64,000 nucleotides of DNA from Botryllus schlosseri (Eukaryota), in the NCBI GenBank assembly GCA_051294905.1, contig CM119382.1, positions 11,842,001 through 11,906,000 of the forward strand, written 5' to 3'. The notes below the pieces were generated by a model that had not been told where the DNA came from, made no database searches, and saw only the letters and a list, made by a program, of their open reading frames with translations. This document shows positions 62,001 through 64,000 of this stretch, one piece after another (positions within the stretch are counted from its first letter, which is position 1; the number at the start of each line of letters is the position of its first letter). The position numbers and the translations under genes are program-made.

Positions 62001-63313
62001 GAGAAAGTGTCGTGTACCGGATTTGCACTCTACGCTATGGTAAAAATTGGGGAAACTCACGATGATCGCTTACGGTGCAGATAGATAAAAAGAAAAATTG
62101 GCACACCTGATCCCACAGGCACGCACATACTCCCTCGCCGCGGGGCCCCGTTATTTTCCGACAACTGGCGCCTCATCACGAAATTTCTCGGCACTGCGTT
62201 CGATAAATCCTGGCTTCCCACGGCGGACCTTTGCGGTGGCGACATGAATTCGGGATCGCTCTGAAAATAGGATAGGTTTCTTTTAAGCACAAGTCCCCGT
62301 ACTTCAACGTAGCGTAAGTAAATAAATTGGCATATTGTTAGAATAAGCAGGCTGCCACAAAAACACCGAATATACGCCCCAAAGTCTACGGGAGTCTAGA
62401 CGTAAATAATTATTATCGATTTTATAGCACTAAAGCGCGTTCGGAGGGTTCTCGCGTCAAACGCGCGCCTGTTCCCGAGCGAAAAACGCGCTCTTCCCAA
62501 ATGAATCACGTCTGCGATTGGGATATTTGCATTCAACTTTCAATCTCGGAGAGTAGATTACGATCGGGCATCATTAAATATGCAGAAAACACCGCAGATG
62601 CACGGCATAAATGCATGCGCATTCGCAAACGACCATAAGTTATCGCTATACCGCACCGTTCCATAGCGTCGCGCGCTGTACGACGAGCTTCGCAGATTTG
62701 CGCGCGTTTGGTCATAATCATGTACCACTGATGTTTGAAAATGTTTGAAATGTGCTTTTTTCGGGGCGGCAGCCTGAAAATGGCTGCTGGCGTCCTAATT
62801 TAAAATGACACAGACTAGCGTGAGATACCATTGCATGGAAGAAAAACATCCAACGCTTCTGATTTTCCCTCTCAAGATTCAACACATTCCTAGATAATCA
62901 TGCTATTCTGCTTCTAAATACCTTTTAAATGTTTAATAAACAAAGGCATGCAGAGACGCCTGAATATTAACTTAATACAACCAAATACTCCAATGCACGC
63001 TTGTTCCATCCCTAATCCATAATACCGCGGATATGTCTTCGTTGAAGCTTCTCCTCGTCTTCTTCGTTTTCCCAAAGCTTTTCTCCCACGAGGACCTCAA
63101 CAAGACATCGCTCAGCAGAGTGTGGGCCCGTGGTCGGTGGTGGTAACTCCTGGACCGAGTGTGCCTACTGCTGCGGGAGTTGTCCGCACTAGGGCTTCTT
63201 TCCAAAATAGTGGGCGGGTGATGTGGAGACGCCGTGAACGTGTCGATATCAAACAAGGAATCGTCCTCGGGACGAGGTGCGTCCACGGAAACGGAGCGCG
63301 AGAAACGGAACAT
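40872..63313 (-). CDS. MAST: Microtubule-associated serine/threonine kinase (DUF1908 + AGC kinase + PDZ), 22 exons, ~1824 aa
   Basis: All exons join in phase (5475 nt). Hallmarks: [87 protein letters not shown] (GFGF...[12 protein letters not shown]...HTDV), [15 protein letters not shown]. The 5'-most two exons and the last exon are less certain. Confidence 0.93.
41286..41740. repeat. GACTCGAGT/ATGACTC-rich repeat (related to 50786-51139) in the last MAST intron
   Basis: Begins CAGGGG; multiple gactcgac/aatgactc/ctcaaaat motifs. Confidence 0.55.
41746..42039 (-). CDS. MAST: MAST exon 21 ([15 protein letters not shown])
   Basis: Conserved motif; gtgagt donor. Confidence 0.82.
42698..43014 (-). 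CDS. MAST: MAST exon 20 (HSPLL...SSSRPMSFQ)
   Basis: Phase 1->0; resembles the MAST SSSRPSTL segment. Confidence 0.82.
43306..43534 (-). CDS. MAST: MAST exon 19 (PDZ end plus basic stretch)
   Basis: [13 protein letters not shown]...RRKKKK...[10 protein letters not shown]. Confidence 0.85.
43686..43820 (-). CDS. MAST: MAST exon 18 (PDZ core)
   Basis: [18 protein letters not shown]...HTDV. Confidence 0.93.
44087..44368 (-). CDS. MAST: MAST exon 17 (SPLASP...PDZ start)
   Basis: SRDSSP and GFGF loop. Confidence 0.92.
44910..46146 (-). CDS. MAST: MAST exon 16, large Ser-rich linker (1237 nt)
   Basis: 421-aa track ORF; phase 2->0. Confidence 0.88.
45095..45154. repeat. Perfect 27-bp tandem duplication inside MAST exon 16 (VSDGHKIGS x2)
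   Basis: TGACGCTTCCGATCTTATGCCCGTCAC twice plus a partial third copy. Confidence 0.9.
46581..46752 (-). CDS. MAST: MAST exon 15 (EFSNF...RYS)
   Basis: AGC hydrophobic-motif region; gtgagt donor. Confidence 0.85.
46971..47195 (-). CDS. MAST: MAST exon 14 (kinase C-lobe end, DTSYFD)
   Basis: AGC C-terminal tail. Confidence 0.93.
47709..48004 (-). CDS. MAST: MAST exon 13 (DFG...GTPEYIAPE...DWWS)
   Basis: Activation segment. Confidence 0.95.
49409..49659 (-). CDS. MAST: MAST exon 12 (VFAERDIL...HRDLKPD)
   Basis: Catalytic loop. Confidence 0.95.
50007..50103 (-). CDS. MAST: MAST exon 11 (AVYLVRHK...FAMKK)
   Basis: Kinase subdomain II lysine. Confidence 0.93.
50308..50585 (-). CDS. MAST: MAST exon 10 (EFYHLLE...KLISNGAYG)
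   Basis: End of DUF1908 and start of the kinase glycine-rich loop. Confidence 0.93.
50786..51139. mobile_element. 354-bp hAT-like MITE with GACTCGAGTC repeats
   Basis: TIRs CAGGGTTGTAAC / ATTACAACCCTG; flanks gtaacagt/gtgaaagt match 6/8. Confidence 0.7.
51215..51313 (-). CDS. MAST: MAST exon 9 ([17 protein letters not shown])
   Basis: Conserved RPARLLECL. Confidence 0.92.
51419..51598 (-). CDS. MAST: MAST exon 8 (ADG...[11 protein letters not shown])
   Basis: DUF1908 helical region; gtaagt donor. Confidence 0.9.
51807..52246. mobile_element. 440-bp hAT-like MITE (TAGGGCTG termini)
   Basis: TIRs TAGGGCTGGACA / TGCTCAGCCCTA; flanks match 5/8 with transitions only; internal 18-bp palindrome TCAAGTACCGGTACTTGA. 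Confidence 0.6.
52612..52860 (-). CDS. MAST: MAST exon 7 (ERLHQLP...VYRERFP)
   Basis: DUF1908; follows a 65-nt intron. Confidence 0.92.
52926..53161 (-). CDS. MAST: MAST exon 6 (DSPRN...[18 protein letters not shown])
   Basis: DUF1908 motif; canonical splice sites. Confidence 0.93.
53689..53783 (-). CDS. MAST: MAST exon 5 ([21 protein letters not shown])
   Basis: Matches the MAST NRKS...[11 protein letters not shown] segment. Confidence 0.88.
57612..57838. repeat. Degenerate ~56-bp tandem repeat, 4 units
   Basis: gaaca anchors recur at about 57668, 57724 and 57779, and aatttta anchors at about 57642, 57696 and 57752. Confidence 0.65.
58339..58430 (-). CDS. MAST: MAST alternative first coding exon ([31 protein letters not shown])
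   Basis: ATG in gacATGG context; GA|gtaagt donor in phase 2 matches the exon starting at 53783. Confidence 0.7.
60046..60089 (-). CDS. MAST: MAST exon 4, 44 nt ([14 protein letters not shown])
   Basis: cctttcag acceptor, gtaagt donor; phase 0->2 bridge; resembles KELSLPRRGS. Confidence 0.8.
60898..61028 (-). CDS. MAST: MAST exon 3 ([22 protein letters not shown])
   Basis: Conserved MAST N-terminal motif; gtaagt donor. Confidence 0.88.
62107..62260 (-). CDS. MAST: MAST exon 2 ([12 protein letters not shown]...)
   Basis: ctattttcag acceptor; G|gtgtgc donor (alternative donors nearby). Confidence 0.6.
63026..63313 (-). CDS. MAST: MAST putative distal first coding exon (MFRFSRSVS...)
   Basis: Track ORF 62972-63313; weak donor GCG|gtatta gives phase 0 to the next exon. 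Confidence 0.5.
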
Positions 63314-64000
63314 GTCCGTTAAAACCGGCTGACGTCATCAAGGCCAGAAGTAGAAGTGCAATGATCCTTCATATTCAAGTTACCGCCTGGTATCCCCATT
63401 GCTTGAATATTTCATGTGGCTGGCAAATATATTCCGCTGGCAGTGACAAATCACTAGCTCGTATCCTCAAAGCTATCAAATTACAGGAATCAGCCGTTAC
63501 CAAGGTCACAAACGATCAACAGGCGCCGACAACGGGTTTTTAACGATTTTTAAATGGAGAAATGGTTCTTCTAATCTACGAACCCTGCTAGGCCGCTCAT
63601 AGTTCCATTAGGTACGATTGCTGACAGGTCTCGATGTTAATAGCTGAAGGTCTACATTACAAATACATAATCATCCCATTTATTTGTTTGTGATTAGAAT
63701 TACCTTATTTGTTTTGCTAGTCATTAAATCAAATTTACCACCGCACTACGTAACGTCCGGTGACAAACCTCACACCTGCGTCGCAAATAAAACACCGCAT
63801 TCCCAAACCGGCGTTCCTCTAACTGCAACACCGTTGCAAATGTTTCATTGCTGTGGTGAACGCATTTAGTAAATTCAGACATAGCGCGGGATCCCTCAGT
63901 GACACAAAGCGAAATACACAATATATCCCAGAAAATAGACGTGTCAAAGTCACGTACTGTTTGACATGTAAATCGGACTGCCCATTATATCGATTATTTA

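Noticed and set aside
1-64000. CRISPR arrays, rRNA, tRNA, SL RNA or snRNA genes
   Set aside because: No regularly spaced repeat-spacer units; GTTCGA hits lack tRNA T-stems; no recognisable structural RNA by eye. A covariance-model scan (Infernal, tRNAscan-SE) would be needed to exclude them.

Overview
This is intron-rich eukaryotic (animal) DNA; an invertebrate chordate such as a tunicate is my inference, not something I can verify. I found no CRISPR array, rRNA or tRNA. Three multi-exon genes were rebuilt by hand, and splice phases are consistent at every junction. (1) A + strand SLC1 (EAAT/ASCT) family gene, 3250-19125, 9 coding exons, about 1065 aa. It has a roughly 435-aa disordered N-terminus, and nearly all canonical substrate- and Na+-binding motifs are replaced (NMDGT->NRAGT, SSSS->GFSD, DRLRT->SRIAA) although the frame is intact. 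(2) A + strand synaptopodin/myopodin-like gene, 27396-38047, 6 coding exons, about 915 aa. (3) A - strand MAST Ser/Thr kinase (DUF1908-kinase-PDZ), 63313-40872, 22 exons, about 1824 aa, with an alternative first exon at 58430-58339. Introns and intergenic DNA hold many non-autonomous DNA transposons, mostly hAT-type with 8-bp target-site duplications (TSDs). These include a three-level nest, a 40-bp element made only of terminal inverted repeats (TIRs), and one 970-bp TA-flanked element. Most short ORFs in the supplied track are antisense shadows of exons or chance ORFs. All coordinates and counts are manual and no database searches were run.
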